Of a stretch of DNA of 64,000 bases, positions 17,427 through 27,045 are shown in pieces (position 1 is the stretch's first letter; every line of letters starts with the position of its first letter). The stretch is from a virus (lineage: Duplodnaviria; Caudoviricetes): IMG/VR virus record IMGVR_UViG_2882284595_000003, positions 9,169 through 73,168 of that record, one strand, 5' to 3'. Under the pieces are notes generated by a model. That model had not been told where the DNA came from. It did no database searches and was given only the letters and a program-made list of their open reading frames with translations. Made by a program: the position numbers and the translations under genes.

Positions 17427-18230
17427 TTCGGCCAGCGTGCTTTGCCGCCCGGCTTTCAGACTCTTGACCCAGGGTTTCCAGATGCCGTTTTCCAGCCGCT
17501 GCTCATACGTGTCGCCGCCCCACATCCAGTAGACCTGATTGCCCCATTGGTCGTTGAGGAAGTGGGTTAGCAGCATGCCATTGCATTTTACCGGCGCGTC
17601 GGCAACCTGCCCGACGGCATTCACGTGATATAGGCCGTTGGGGCGAATGGTTTGCAGCGAGCCGCTGGTGATGTTCTTGGCGCGGCCAGCCAGGCCAACG
17701 GCATTCAATGCCTGCGCCACCTTCAGCGGCGTCATTGCCAGGCTGTTGTCGCTGCCGGCTTCAGCCTCTGCCTGGCTGGCGATGGCGATGCCGTAACCAT
17801 CCAGCGTTGACGGCCGGCCGCTGGCGATCTTGCTCCAGTCCAGTGCCGGCACGTCCGCTGCCGCCATCTGCCGGCCGCTGGTGATACGCCCCTTGGCGTC
17901 CACCGTTACCATGCCGTAGTTGCCCGCAGCTACGCCGGTATTGGCCAGCGTCATGGCGGCACTGACATTGTCGTTGCCGTCAAAGTTCACACTCCAGGCT
18001 CCATCGCCTGTCATGGCCAAGGTCCGCGAGGTTTTGAGGCGGTCGGCGTACTCGGCAGTCAACGCACCGGAGACCAGGTCGTCCACCTGCTTCTTCAGGT
18101 AGGCGGTGCGGTTGGCCAGCTGTTTGCCCTGCAGGTTGTCGATACCATCCGGCCCGGCCAGCACGGGGTCGGAGGTTTCCAGCTGATAGATGCCCGTCTC
18201 CCAGACGGGTTTTTCCTGCAAATTGGCCAT
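16449..18230 (-). CDS. tail fibre protein (transposable phage)
   Basis: MANLQE...WETGIYQLETSDPVLAGPDG...QLANRT N-terminus, collar domain, C-terminal half identical in translation to gpH. Confidence 0.94.
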   Translation of the reverse strand: MANLQEKPVWETGIYQLETSDPVLAGPDGIDNLQGKQLANRTAYLKKQVDDLVSGALTAEYADRLKTSRTLAMTGDGAWSVNFDGNDNVSAAMTLANTGVAAGNYGMVTVDAKGRITSGRQMAAADVPALDWSKIASGRPSTLDGYGIAIASQAEAEAGSDNSLAMTPLKVAQALNAVGLAGRAKNITSGSLQTIRPNGLYHVNAVGQVADAPVKCNGMLLTHFLNDQWGNQVYWMWGGDTYEQRLENGIWKPWVKSLKAGRQSTLAEYGITDAATKAELQAAISNVIAGAPGALDTLQELAAALDNDASFAANLTKKLATKADKAATLDGYGIADALPLRADIASAVDLDTLTITGIYHNPANDNAIKGKNWPCPQAGQLTVRATGEMVYHTYQAFADGGFWHRCRYQGRWTVWRQLADAATTQDGITAAAPPGQIAYFARDTPPPGWIICNGAQDVSRATYAALFAAIGERFGAGDGKTTFGVPDLRGEFIRGWDAGGGVDVAGRSFGSRQASQNLAHDHAIPTPAGNIAGQDTVLVDNGGAPLDLGARQASNELLGEWNGSGRYLRYATYSTGGNESRPRNVALLACIKV

Positions 18231-18805
18231 CAGGCACTCCCTCGGTTGAATTGACGATTACGGTGGATGGCGCCGTTGTGGCGATTGGCTACGGCCTGGT
18301 ACTCCAGGCTGGCTAGGTGGCAGCGAGCCGGCGCATACGCGGTCAGCGCGGCGCGCAGCTGGTCGGCCTGGTCGTTGGTGATCGGTCTCTGCAGTAACAC
18401 GCGGTACTTGGCCCAGGCATCCGGGTCGCCATGGACATAGAAGCCATTGCGCTGGATGAAACCGTCGCGGCGCTGGCCGGATAAGCCCTCAAGCAGCGTG
18501 GCCTCGCCCATGTCCAGGCGCCGCACTACCTCGCGGACCGCCCAGGGCGTTCCCTTGTAGCGGTGCAGCTCGATAGCGCTCTTGATCAACGCGCGGCGCG
18601 CGTCGTCGGACTCGGCCAGTTCCCAGCCATCTCCGACCAGGCTGAATTGCTCGGCCAAGTGCGGCAGCGCGGAGGCGCTGACGGTGTCCGCCAGGTAGAC
18701 CAGTAATGCCGAGAGATCGACATCGCTGATCCGGGCCGCCAGCTTGGCCAACACCTGGCTGCGGGCATCGCCCGCCAGCGATGGCGGCAACGGTAGGTCA
18801 GCCAT
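18230..18805 (-). CDS. tail/baseplate protein, P2 gpI-like
   Basis: LPHLAEQFS...AIELHRYKGTPWAV...APARCHL. Confidence 0.9.
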   Translation of the reverse strand: MADLPLPPSLAGDARSQVLAKLAARISDVDLSALLVYLADTVSASALPHLAEQFSLVGDGWELAESDDARRALIKSAIELHRYKGTPWAVREVVRRLDMGEATLLEGLSGQRRDGFIQRNGFYVHGDPDAWAKYRVLLQRPITNDQADQLRAALTAYAPARCHLASLEYQAVANRHNGAIHRNRQFNRGSA

Positions 18806-19904
18806 TGGTGGCCTCCGTGATGGCGAGCTTGATTGCGGTGCAGCGTGCCCACTGGTGCGCGGCCAGCGCCAACCGTTGCGGGCTGGTCAGATTGACCTCG
18901 TAGACGCCGTCGACCTGTAGCGCGGCGATGACCTGGCTCGGCACGATATCCCGGCCCAGAGTTGCCGCGTTCTTGGCCGCGAAGGCTTCGGCACCGCGCT
19001 GGGCCTGTACCCGCACGTTGGCCGCATCCACCTTGCTGTACAGCTTCAGCTGTGCCTCGATGATGTAGTCCACGGCGGCCGGCGCCAGCGCCTCCACCCG
19101 GTCGGTCAACGGCCGCACCCGCTCGGACGAGCAGGTTGCCTGCACCAGCGCCAGCATCTCGGCATTGGGTAGCCCAGTGGCCAGCAACGGGTACAGTTGC
19201 ACTACGCCCGGCCGAGGCGACAGCACCGCCACATCCACAATGCTTTGGTGGGCGCGCAGCGCATGGAAGCGGTACGCCTGGCTGCTACCCGCATTGGAAA
19301 ACGACTCGGGCGCCAGCGTGACCCGCTCGCGCAGTCGTTCGTCCTCTTCCTCGTCGATGCCACCAGACGCGGTCGCAATATTGGCGACTCCCACATCCAC
19401 ATCACCCAGGTCATCCATCAAGCTGGCAATTTGCCCGCTCTGCCAGCCATTTCCGGCAGTGCCAGGCTCTTGGCATGTGGCGGCGGCATCGACCGATAAG
19501 CGGCCGGCCGGCAGGCTCACATCGTCGTCGGTGGCGAAGGTGACGGCGCCGTCGCCGCTTTCTACGCGGGTGCCGGCGGGGATCAACAAGCTGTTGGCCT
19601 GCGCCGCGTCCACAGTAAAGCGCAACGTGGTGCGGGCCGGTTGCGCCGGCAGTCGGGTCACGCCCACCAGCTGGCCCAGGTAGTCCAGCATCGGCGCGCG
19701 GGCATAGGCCACCAGGTTTTGCTTCGCTGCCTCCTGGATGCCGATGCGCACCAGGGACTCGCGGTAGGCGATTACGTCGATCAGCAGCCGCTCCACCTGG
19801 GCCGGGTACAGCGTTTTGCCCGACAGCTGCTCATACTGCGCGATGATTTCGGTGGTAATGGCGTCCGGGTCGCGGGCGATAAAGTTGGGTTCGGGCAAGG
19901 TCAT
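18798..19904 (-). CDS. baseplate J/gp47-family protein
   Basis: LYPAQVERL...LDYLG...E.DERLRER...APESFSNAG...VRPLTD. Confidence 0.92.
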   Translation of the reverse strand: MTLPEPNFIARDPDAITTEIIAQYEQLSGKTLYPAQVERLLIDVIAYRESLVRIGIQEAAKQNLVAYARAPMLDYLGQLVGVTRLPAQPARTTLRFTVDAAQANSLLIPAGTRVESGDGAVTFATDDDVSLPAGRLSVDAAATCQEPGTAGNGWQSGQIASLMDDLGDVDVGVANIATASGGIDEEEDERLRERVTLAPESFSNAGSSQAYRFHALRAHQSIVDVAVLSPRPGVVQLYPLLATGLPNAEMLALVQATCSSERVRPLTDRVEALAPAAVDYIIEAQLKLYSKVDAANVRVQAQRGAEAFAAKNAATLGRDIVPSQVIAALQVDGVYEVNLTSPQRLALAAHQWARCTAIKLAITEATNG

Positions 19905-20248
19905 AGCGGCAGCTCCGTGATGTGTTGCACGCCGTTGGCCAGACGCCAGGTCACGCGCAAGGTGATGCGCGAGCCATCAAATAGCGGTGAGACCTTGACC
20001 AGCTGGCAACGTGGTTCCCATTGCCGGATGGCCTCGACGCTCTCGCGCACCAGGTGCGGCACGGCCTGATCAACGGGGTTGTCGAGATAGAGGTGGACGT
20101 TGGAGCCGAAGTCCGGCCGCAATGGGTCGCTGCCCTTGGGCGTGGTGAGGATGATTCGGATGGCCTGGTCGATATCCGCTTCCGCCTCGACCAAGTCGGG
20201 GCGGTGCAGTGCGGGTTGCCAGTGAAGGGAGTCAGATAGCCGAGTCAT
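19901..20248 (-). CDS. baseplate gpW/gp25-family protein
   Basis: DIDQAIRIILTTPKGSDPLRPDFGS...WEPR. Confidence 0.92.
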   Translation of the reverse strand: MTRLSDSLHWQPALHRPDLVEAEADIDQAIRIILTTPKGSDPLRPDFGSNVHLYLDNPVDQAVPHLVRESVEAIRQWEPRCQLVKVSPLFDGSRITLRVTWRLANGVQHITELPL

Positions 20249-20255
20249 GCATGCT

Positions 20256-20298
20256 ATGGTGCCGCATGCCCCGGCCGGGGGACTTTAAAGGGGATTAA
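20256..20298 (-). promoter_or_regulatory. Mor/C-type late promoter 4
   Basis: TTAA-N6-TTAA at 20285-20298, 23-nt spacer, CACCAT -10; same geometry at three other sites. Confidence 0.72.
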
Positions 20299-20300
20299 TT

Positions 20301-20546
20301 CTAGAAAAGAATGGCCAAAGACTGATCAGCTCCGTCAAGGTAGCGATCTATTTTTTGGTGAGCTGCGATCAAAGCATGCTCTTTAGCATCCTCGCTTGAG
20401 TGGTATGAACGATCAAGCGAGAACGGTACTTCTCGGACCCCTTCGTTAGTGTGACGACCAACGAAGTAACGCACTCCCCATGAAGCATCCGCATGCCGAT
20501 ATCCGGCAAACCAGATCATGAACCCTCGGTACTCGATACTTTCCAA
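20301..20546 (-). CDS. hypothetical protein (81 aa, lower-GC insert)
   Basis: TTG start with GAGG RBS; fills the gap between spike and gpW genes. Confidence 0.65.
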   Translation of the reverse strand: MESIEYRGFMIWFAGYRHADASWGVRYFVGRHTNEGVREVPFSLDRSYHSSEDAKEHALIAAHQKIDRYLDGADQSLAILF

Positions 20547-20560
20547 AATATGCCCTCAAC

Positions 20561-21166
20561 TCAATGTGAATGATGGTTGGAGTTTCCTCCGGCATCCATA
20601 ATAGTACCGCTGGCGCTCATATTCCCATCCACCTTCATGTCGCCGGCTACGCTGGCACCACCCCCGCCCGAGATCGCCATCCCGCCTTGCCCCACCAGTT
20701 TGCCCTTCACCAGGACATTGCCACTGAACTCGGTATCCGGTGCGTCGACGGTTACCTTGGCCCCAGCCTGCACCAGGACAGTGGCGCTTGCCTCAACCAC
20801 CACTTTTTGCACGCCGGACACGATCAATACATGGCTGGCCCGGTCATACTCCAGTAGCGCGCCATCCTTGAAGCGCACCATGAACTTGTCCGGGCTGCTG
20901 GTAGGCGGCGTGTCCGCCTCGGAGTACACCGCGCCCAGGATTACGCCGTCCTCTCCGCGCGCGTCCAGCAATACCGCCACCTGTTCGCCGCTATCGTAGG
21001 TCCAGCAGGCTTTGTCGTCCTGGGTCTTGGCATACGCTATCGGCAGCCACATGGTGCGCATATTGTCGAGGTCCGGCAGGCGCACGCGGGCAAAGCCGGG
21101 CTTGCTGGCGCTGACGGTGCCAAACCTCACCGTGGCGCCGAACTCTTCCAGGGTCTCCAAGTTCAT
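20561..21166 (-). CDS. baseplate spike protein (gpV-like)
   Basis: RVRLPD...T.WLP...GEQVAVLLD..GEDGVILGAVYS; ends NHHSH. Confidence 0.93.
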   Translation of the reverse strand: MNLETLEEFGATVRFGTVSASKPGFARVRLPDLDNMRTMWLPIAYAKTQDDKACWTYDSGEQVAVLLDARGEDGVILGAVYSEADTPPTSSPDKFMVRFKDGALLEYDRASHVLIVSGVQKVVVEASATVLVQAGAKVTVDAPDTEFSGNVLVKGKLVGQGGMAISGGGGASVAGDMKVDGNMSASGTIMDAGGNSNHHSH

Positions 21167-22338
21167 TTCTTCTTGCCCTTCTGCGGCGTGGTGCCAACCA
21201 CCTGCACCTGGTTGTCCTTTATCCCGTACACCTTCAAGCCTGATGCCGGCTTCTTGCCCGCCGTTCCTTTGCCTTGCTGCACGGCCAGGGCGGCGCGCTT
21301 GACCTCCAGGTCGGTGGTGTAGCCGCCACTGCGGTCTATCCTGTGGCGCGCAGACTCCACCAGGTAACGGCCGGATAGCTTCCCGCAGTCGACCAGGTCA
21401 AAGGTGCTGCCGGCCACCAAGCGCGGCGTGCCCGGCAAGGTCAGGCTACCGGCGGTCTGCTCCAGGTTGCTCTGATCCAGCGCTGCTTGCACCTTCGCCT
21501 GGGCCGTCGCACGGGATGAGGCGCGACCCGACATCTTCAGCGAGTCGCTGCTGCTTGGGTTCTTGCCAGACTTGGCCGTCGTCGTGGTGTGGCCTGTAGC
21601 CGCCACCTCGCCATTCTTGACGCCATATACCACCAGCTTCTTGGTCTTGGGGTTGTGGTGCTTGAGCTTTGCCTCCTGGTAAATCTCCTTGATCTTGTCC
21701 CGCAGTCGGATCGATATCAGATCGCCAGGCCGCAGCGTCATCACCGGCTGGCCGTCGCGCAGGTCCGCCAGTTCGCTGAAAACCAGCTTGCTGCCAACGA
21801 TCTTGAACGCGTAACCGAACTCCCGCGCCAGCCGAGTCAGGAACGCGACATCACGCTCCTGGTACTGAGTCACCCGGTCAATGCGGATGTCGCGGACTTT
21901 GCCAGTCAGCGTGAGGTGGTTGCGTTTGGCGATACGCTGGGCAATGGCCGCCAGGGTGGTGTTTTCATATGCGCGGCCGACTCGGGAGCGGACCAACTTC
22001 TTGACGCCGGTAGCCAGCGCGCGGATGGACACCGTGGTCGGTGGGAAGGCGAATTCAATCTCGTCAATTTCAAAGCCGCCACAAGGCAGCAGCGGCTCGC
22101 CGGCATAGCCGATCTTGAGCGTCAACTGGTCGCCATGGCCGGGATACCAGGCGCGAATCCAGCGGCCGTCGCTGTCCTCCAATTCCACCTCCAGCTCGTC
22201 GGACTGGCCCGACAGGTAATCGGTATAGGTAACCGACAGCACATACGGGGAGATGTCGCTGGTGATGCTGTGCTGGCCATAGGCCAGCTGAAATACCGGA
22301 TGCGGCACCTTGGCCTGGGCATTGCTCATCGCATCCAT
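21163..22338 (-). CDS. baseplate hub / late control D-family protein
   Basis: YTDYLSGQSDELEVELED...TQYQERDVAFLTRLA...GRYLVESARH; start may be 22329. Confidence 0.9.
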   Translation of the reverse strand: MDAMSNAQAKVPHPVFQLAYGQHSITSDISPYVLSVTYTDYLSGQSDELEVELEDSDGRWIRAWYPGHGDQLTLKIGYAGEPLLPCGGFEIDEIEFAFPPTTVSIRALATGVKKLVRSRVGRAYENTTLAAIAQRIAKRNHLTLTGKVRDIRIDRVTQYQERDVAFLTRLAREFGYAFKIVGSKLVFSELADLRDGQPVMTLRPGDLISIRLRDKIKEIYQEAKLKHHNPKTKKLVVYGVKNGEVAATGHTTTTAKSGKNPSSSDSLKMSGRASSRATAQAKVQAALDQSNLEQTAGSLTLPGTPRLVAGSTFDLVDCGKLSGRYLVESARHRIDRSGGYTTDLEVKRAALAVQQGKGTAGKKPASGLKVYGIKDNQVQVVGTTPQKGKKK

Positions 22339-22532
22339 AGTGGCAGCTCCTCGGCCAGATCGGCCTGCTCGATCACGGGAATGGACAGCACCAGTCCGCT
22401 CGGCAGCGTGGTGACTAAGGGGATATGGGGATTGGCGGTGATGATGCGCTCATAGGCCAGCGGATCGCCGTAATAGCGGCTGGCCAGTTGGTCCCAGCGC
22501 TCGCCCTGGGTGGTGACGTGGGTCAGAAACAT
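22326..22532 (-). CDS. tail protein X (LysM-like)
   Basis: HVTTQGERWDQLA..YYGDP...ANP...LP.W. Confidence 0.9.
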   Translation of the reverse strand: MFLTHVTTQGERWDQLASRYYGDPLAYERIITANPHIPLVTTLPSGLVLSIPVIEQADLAEELPLWMR

Positions 22533-23431
22533 CAGATGGCCCTCGTGATGACTTTGCCGGCCAGCTTGCTGATGGCTGGTGAGGCGGACTCCAGCGCGCT
22601 GCTGGCGGCGCCCAGGTAGCCGCCCGCCACATCCAGCTTGCCGGAGACGTTGCTGGCATTGGTCGATGACAGCGTGTCCTGAACACTGAGGATGGCACCC
22701 AGCGCATTGCTGCTGGCGCGGGCGATGACGGCGGCTTCCGGCAACTGGCCGCTTAGCTCGTTCAGCGAGGGCAGCATCTTCTGCAGCGGCGCTGCCGCCT
22801 GCTTCGCATTGGTCAGCAGGCCCGGCACCCGCCCCAAGGCCGCCTGTGGATTGCTGCGCAGCTGTTGGGCGAGCTGGGTCGAGTCCTGCGCCGTCTTCAT
22901 CGCTGCCTGCGCCTGGTTGGCATAGGCCACCATCTGGCGGATGTTGTCGCGCACCGAGCCGGCCGCCGCCTTCAATTTGTTGGCGGCCAGGGAGGCCGTA
23001 GCAGCAACCGGCGGGGATTTGGGCTGGACAGCAGGTGGCGCCAGCGGAGCTTTCTTGTCTCCAACGAACTCGCGCAGCGTGATGTTGGCGTCCATGGCTA
23101 TCAGCGTGCCAGCCTTGTCGGTCTGTTTGCTGGTGGCGGTCACATCAGTCAGGACGAACCAGCCCTTGTAATCGCCATTGCCTAGCACCAGGGCCATGGC
23201 CTGGTGCGCCGCGAGCGCGCTGCGCAGCTTCAGCAGCTCCTGCTCCGGGTCGCAGTACTGGCTATGGAAGGACAGCTGGATGCGGATTTCGTCCAGCTTG
23301 TCGCCTATGTGCTGCAGGCGTGGCTTGCCGTCGATCAGGGCATGCTCGGCATAGTCCGCGCCGAACTGCGACTCGAAGCCATCGAAATACGTGATGAGGT
23401 CAAACTGGACCTCGCCCAATAGCGCAAACAT
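22532..23431 (-). CDS. tail protein with P2 gpU-like N-terminal domain
   Basis: MFALLGEVQF...YAEHALIDGKPRLQ..G..LDE; follows tape measure gene. Confidence 0.85.
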   Translation of the reverse strand: MFALLGEVQFDLITYFDGFESQFGADYAEHALIDGKPRLQHIGDKLDEIRIQLSFHSQYCDPEQELLKLRSALAAHQAMALVLGNGDYKGWFVLTDVTATSKQTDKAGTLIAMDANITLREFVGDKKAPLAPPAVQPKSPPVAATASLAANKLKAAAGSVRDNIRQMVAYANQAQAAMKTAQDSTQLAQQLRSNPQAALGRVPGLLTNAKQAAAPLQKMLPSLNELSGQLPEAAVIARASSNALGAILSVQDTLSSTNASNVSGKLDVAGGYLGAASSALESASPAISKLAGKVITRAI

Positions 23432-26142
23432 CAGTTGTATGCCCTCCGGTCCTGTTGCGCCATGATGCGGCGGATCATCTGTTCCAGCTCATGAATGGAT
23501 AGTTTCAAGGTCTCTTGCAGCGCGCCCTTGGTGGCTTCCGGCGTGCCGGCCGGCAAGTGGATGACCGGGTTGAAGTGGATTGCCATCGGCTGCGGCGCCT
23601 TACCGGCCGGCACCGCGTTACCGCGCTCGCCAGCCTGCAGCCGCTGGAACGTCTCGATGCGGGTCGGCCCGACATCGCGGCCGCGCAGTTGCATCGTCTG
23701 AAGAGCCTGCGCCTGGTCCTGGATAGCCGGCGTCTGCAGCCGCGGCTTGCCCCAAGCGTTGGCGGTGGCTTTGGCCATCGCCCCGGAGGCGCGGACGGCG
23801 CCGCCGGCGCTACGGTCTATGCCGATGGCCGCGCCCTGGGCAATGTTGTCGCCAAAGCCCATGAAGACACGGCTGGGGGACTTGATGCCCAGCGTGCTGG
23901 CAAACCAGCCCTTGATGTCCTTGCCAAGACCGACGATGGCCTCTTTGGCGGCGCCGATCTTGGCCTTGATGCCATTGACCAGCCCCATCACCAGGTCTTT
24001 GCCAGCGGTCAGGAATTTGCCAGGCAGCTCACCGGCAAAGCGGATCACCGGCAACCAGAACACAATCCAGCTGGCCACCTTCATCTTCATCCACCCCCAC
24101 AAGCTGGTCATGGATTGCTTGATGCCTTCCCACAGCCCGCTAAAGAAGGTTTTGATGCGGCTCCAGTTGGCGATGATCAGACGCGGGATGCCGATGATGG
24201 GGAAGATGTAGTTCAGGATCGGGTAGCGCTTGAACACTCCGTCCACCGCCGACCACACTTTGCCGAAAAACGCCTTGATCGGCTCCCAATAGCGATAGAT
24301 CAGGTATGCCGCCCCCGCTATTGCCATCACGGCCAGGCCAATCGGGTTCATCATTACTGCGCGGCCCAGCCACAACACCGTGCGGCCGACAGTCAACAAA
24401 CTGCTGCCGAGCAGACGCCCCAGACGCACCGCACCGCCGCCAAGTTTCCCCAGCACCGCAGTCAGCCGACCGGCACGCTCAGCGCTCATGCCGAAAAACT
24501 GCAGCAGCAGAGAGAAGCGCGACGAACCGCCAGCCAGCAATGCCTTGATCAGCGTGACGCGGGTGGAAAGTACCGTCCAGGCGGTTGCCACCGAGTTGGC
24601 CGGGGCCAGGAACATGAAGTTGCCCAGGAACTTCAGTCCGAACAGCGCAGTACGTAGAGCGACCACGCCGCCGACCATGCCAATAATGCCGCGCAGCATG
24701 CCAGGGTTCTGCTCAGCCCAGGCACCGAAACTCTTGATGACCGGCGTTAGCTCGTCCAGGGTGCTGGAAATGGACGGCAACAGGGTATTGCCTATGGTGA
24801 TGGCCACGTCTGTGACTTGCGTGGAGAAGCGCTGCCAAGCTTTTTCCGCCGTCTCCACACGCTTGGCATAGTCGACGTCGATGGTGCTTGGCTTATCTTT
24901 GCTGCCCAACGCCTCCTCGCTGCCCATTTTCTGCTTGTTTTCTTTGTACTTGTCCCAGCCTTGACGCATGGAAAGCAGGTGGTTGATGGTCTGGATGTCT
25001 TGGAACACCTCGTTCAGGCCGAACGATTCCATCAACTTGCGCTGGGCCTCCTGGTCGCCCTTGGCGCCTGCGGCCTTCCACTGCTTCATGAAGCCGTCGC
25101 CCTTGCCTTTGATGAAGTTGTTGGCAATCTCCAGAGACGCCTCATAGCTAGAGAAGCCGCCAGCCACCAGGTTCTGCATGCTGCCCTGGTAATCGACGCC
25201 GGCCTTCTTGTAAGCGTCTATGGTCGGCTTGGCATTCATGTGTGACAGCCAGTTGCGCAGGTTGGTCACGGCTTCGTCGCCTGATCCGGCTCCCTCGCGG
25301 CCAACCTCCAGGCTGGCCACGATCTGAGTAACCGCCTGCTGCCCCTTGATGCCTTTGGCCGCAAACGCGGCAGTCATCTCGGGCAGCGCCTTCGCCATGT
25401 CCTTCAGTTCGAAACGGCCCAGCTTGCCACCATACGCCGCGCGGTTGAATGCCTCCTTCAGCCCGTCCTCGGTCTTGATGCCCAGCGTTTCGGTGAAGCT
25501 GTACACCATGCTTGCCACGTCCTTCATGTCGGCATTGGTGGCGGTGGAGACGCGGCCAAGCAGTTTGGAGCGCTTGCCGGCCTCCTGGGCGTCCATGCCG
25601 GCCGCGACCAAGGTACCCACACCGTCCAGGATCGCAGCGTGCCCCTGATTGGTGGTAAGTGCCGCCTGGCGAATTGCTGCGCCGACCTGCAGCTCTTGCT
25701 GCTTGGTCAGGTTGCCGGTGATGGTGATGTCGCGCAGGCCGGCCTCGAACTTTGCAGCCTGCTTCGCCGAGCCGAAGATAGGCGCTCCTACCGCCACGGC
25801 GGTGGCCGCGCTTTCCTTCATCCCGGACCAGCTTTCTTGCCGTGCCGCCTTCAATTCGCCACCACGAGCCATGCTGGCGGCCAGCTTTTCCTGCTTCAGC
25901 CGCAGCGCGTCCACCGCTCGGCCCAGCCTCTCATAATCACGGTTCAATGCAGCCAGGCTGCCGTCGCTCAGGGTGCCCATGGCGCGCTTCATCGCCTGGC
26001 CCAGGGCATCCTGTTGGCCTTTGAGCTGTTTGGTTGTGGCGTCCAGCACTTCCATTGAGCGCTTGGCGCCTGCGAAAGCGGCCAGGTAGGAGCCTTGCAG
26101 CACCGCGCCAATTGCTACACTGACCAGCATGTTGTTCGCCAT
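23431..26142 (-). CDS. tail tape measure protein (903 aa)
   Basis: Long Ala/Gly-rich helical protein, NPIGL..AIA.AAYLIYRYW, LGIKSPSRVF. Confidence 0.95.
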   Translation of the reverse strand: MANNMLVSVAIGAVLQGSYLAAFAGAKRSMEVLDATTKQLKGQQDALGQAMKRAMGTLSDGSLAALNRDYERLGRAVDALRLKQEKLAASMARGGELKAARQESWSGMKESAATAVAVGAPIFGSAKQAAKFEAGLRDITITGNLTKQQELQVGAAIRQAALTTNQGHAAILDGVGTLVAAGMDAQEAGKRSKLLGRVSTATNADMKDVASMVYSFTETLGIKTEDGLKEAFNRAAYGGKLGRFELKDMAKALPEMTAAFAAKGIKGQQAVTQIVASLEVGREGAGSGDEAVTNLRNWLSHMNAKPTIDAYKKAGVDYQGSMQNLVAGGFSSYEASLEIANNFIKGKGDGFMKQWKAAGAKGDQEAQRKLMESFGLNEVFQDIQTINHLLSMRQGWDKYKENKQKMGSEEALGSKDKPSTIDVDYAKRVETAEKAWQRFSTQVTDVAITIGNTLLPSISSTLDELTPVIKSFGAWAEQNPGMLRGIIGMVGGVVALRTALFGLKFLGNFMFLAPANSVATAWTVLSTRVTLIKALLAGGSSRFSLLLQFFGMSAERAGRLTAVLGKLGGGAVRLGRLLGSSLLTVGRTVLWLGRAVMMNPIGLAVMAIAGAAYLIYRYWEPIKAFFGKVWSAVDGVFKRYPILNYIFPIIGIPRLIIANWSRIKTFFSGLWEGIKQSMTSLWGWMKMKVASWIVFWLPVIRFAGELPGKFLTAGKDLVMGLVNGIKAKIGAAKEAIVGLGKDIKGWFASTLGIKSPSRVFMGFGDNIAQGAAIGIDRSAGGAVRASGAMAKATANAWGKPRLQTPAIQDQAQALQTMQLRGRDVGPTRIETFQRLQAGERGNAVPAGKAPQPMAIHFNPVIHLPAGTPEATKGALQETLKLSIHELEQMIRRIMAQQDRRAYN

Positions 26143-26171
26143 CTGAAACCGTCCTCGCTATACTGCGGCCT

Positions 26172-26423
26172 ATGAAAACCGATACCCGTGACATCGGCGA
26201 AACCACCGCTGAAATTGTCCAACTTGTTGGCGCTGTCATCGCCTGCATGATTGCCGTTTGGTGGGCATGGTCGCTGTCTGACGGAAATCTGCTCGGCTTT
26301 GTTTTGCTGTTGCTACTGGCCGCGCTATTCATTGCGCCCCTTGTCGCATGGGGACTACCAGTAGTCGCACTGATTTTCGGCATCTTCGCCCGAGCGATGC
26401 GTCCTGGACGCTCCCAGCGATAA
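26172..26423 (+). CDS. small membrane protein (moron)
   Basis: 2-3 TM helices; TATACT -10 at 26159-26164 seven nt before the ATG; antisense to the tail operon. Confidence 0.75.
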   Translation: MKTDTRDIGETTAEIVQLVGAVIACMIAVWWAWSLSDGNLLGFVLLLLLAALFIAPLVAWGLPVVALIFGIFARAMRPGRSQR

Positions 26424-26478
26424 CCCGGTTTTTGCCAGACAGGCCGCCGATCCTCCGGCGGCCTTTTGTTTGCCGACT

Positions 26479-26662
26479 TCACGAAAAAGCCTGCTGCAAG
26501 CGGGCCTGCCGGCGTTTAAGTTCGCGCTCTGCCTCGCCCATCCACCGCCAGTAGTCCTCCATATCCAGGCCGTCGATTTCCGAGGGCTGTATTTGCAGCA
26601 CAGTCAGCAGGAACGCATCAAGCTCGCCCAGGCTCTTCTCCGATGCCCACCATCTCGCGAAA
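26479..26662 (-). CDS. GpE'-like extension of tail assembly chaperone (frameshift product)
   Basis: QPSEIDGLDMEDYWRW resembles GpE'; overlaps the chaperone 3' end in the +1 frame and has no convincing own start. Confidence 0.75.
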
Positions 26663-26881
26663 TCGGTCTGCCAACACCTTGCTATCCGCAATGTCCAACT
26701 GGTCGATATCCTCCAGCGTCAAACTGGTCATGCGGGAAAACAAGAAGTCCTCCTGGTCAGCGTCATCTTTGCTGTAGCGGCTGGCCGCTTTAAGGTCGGC
26801 CCGCTTCAAGCGGGACACGGTCAGGGTTTCGATACGTTGGCCGGCAGCGTTGGTGAACGGGTATTGCAGCTTGATTTCCAT
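26618..26881 (-). CDS. tail assembly chaperone
   Basis: IKLQYPF...IETLTVSR.K..DL...EDIDQLDIADS; AAGGA RBS. Confidence 0.88.
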   Translation of the reverse strand: MEIKLQYPFTNAAGQRIETLTVSRLKRADLKAASRYSKDDADQEDFLFSRMTSLTLEDIDQLDIADSKVLADRFREMVGIGEEPGRA

Positions 26882-26922
26882 CTGACATCCTTCGTGTGGA
26901 TTGAACGGTTACTACGCGATGG

Positions 26923-26965
26923 ATTGTCGTCGGAGTGAGCTGGGATAGCCGTTAAACGGCTTTAA
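26923..26965 (-). promoter_or_regulatory. Mor/C-type late promoter 3
   Basis: TTAA-N6-TTAA at 26952-26965, 23-nt spacer, GACAAT -10. Confidence 0.75.
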
Positions 26966-27045
26966 AGAAAGGCATTTGCACATATAGCCAGGAGAAAGCG
27001 TCAAGCAGCTATGCTAATGTGCGCGCTTTGCCTGATTTTGCAGCT

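Noticed and set aside
4968-18230. Mu G-segment-type invertible host-range switch
   Set aside because: The copies are direct, not inverted, each belongs to its own tail operon, and no serine invertase is seen.
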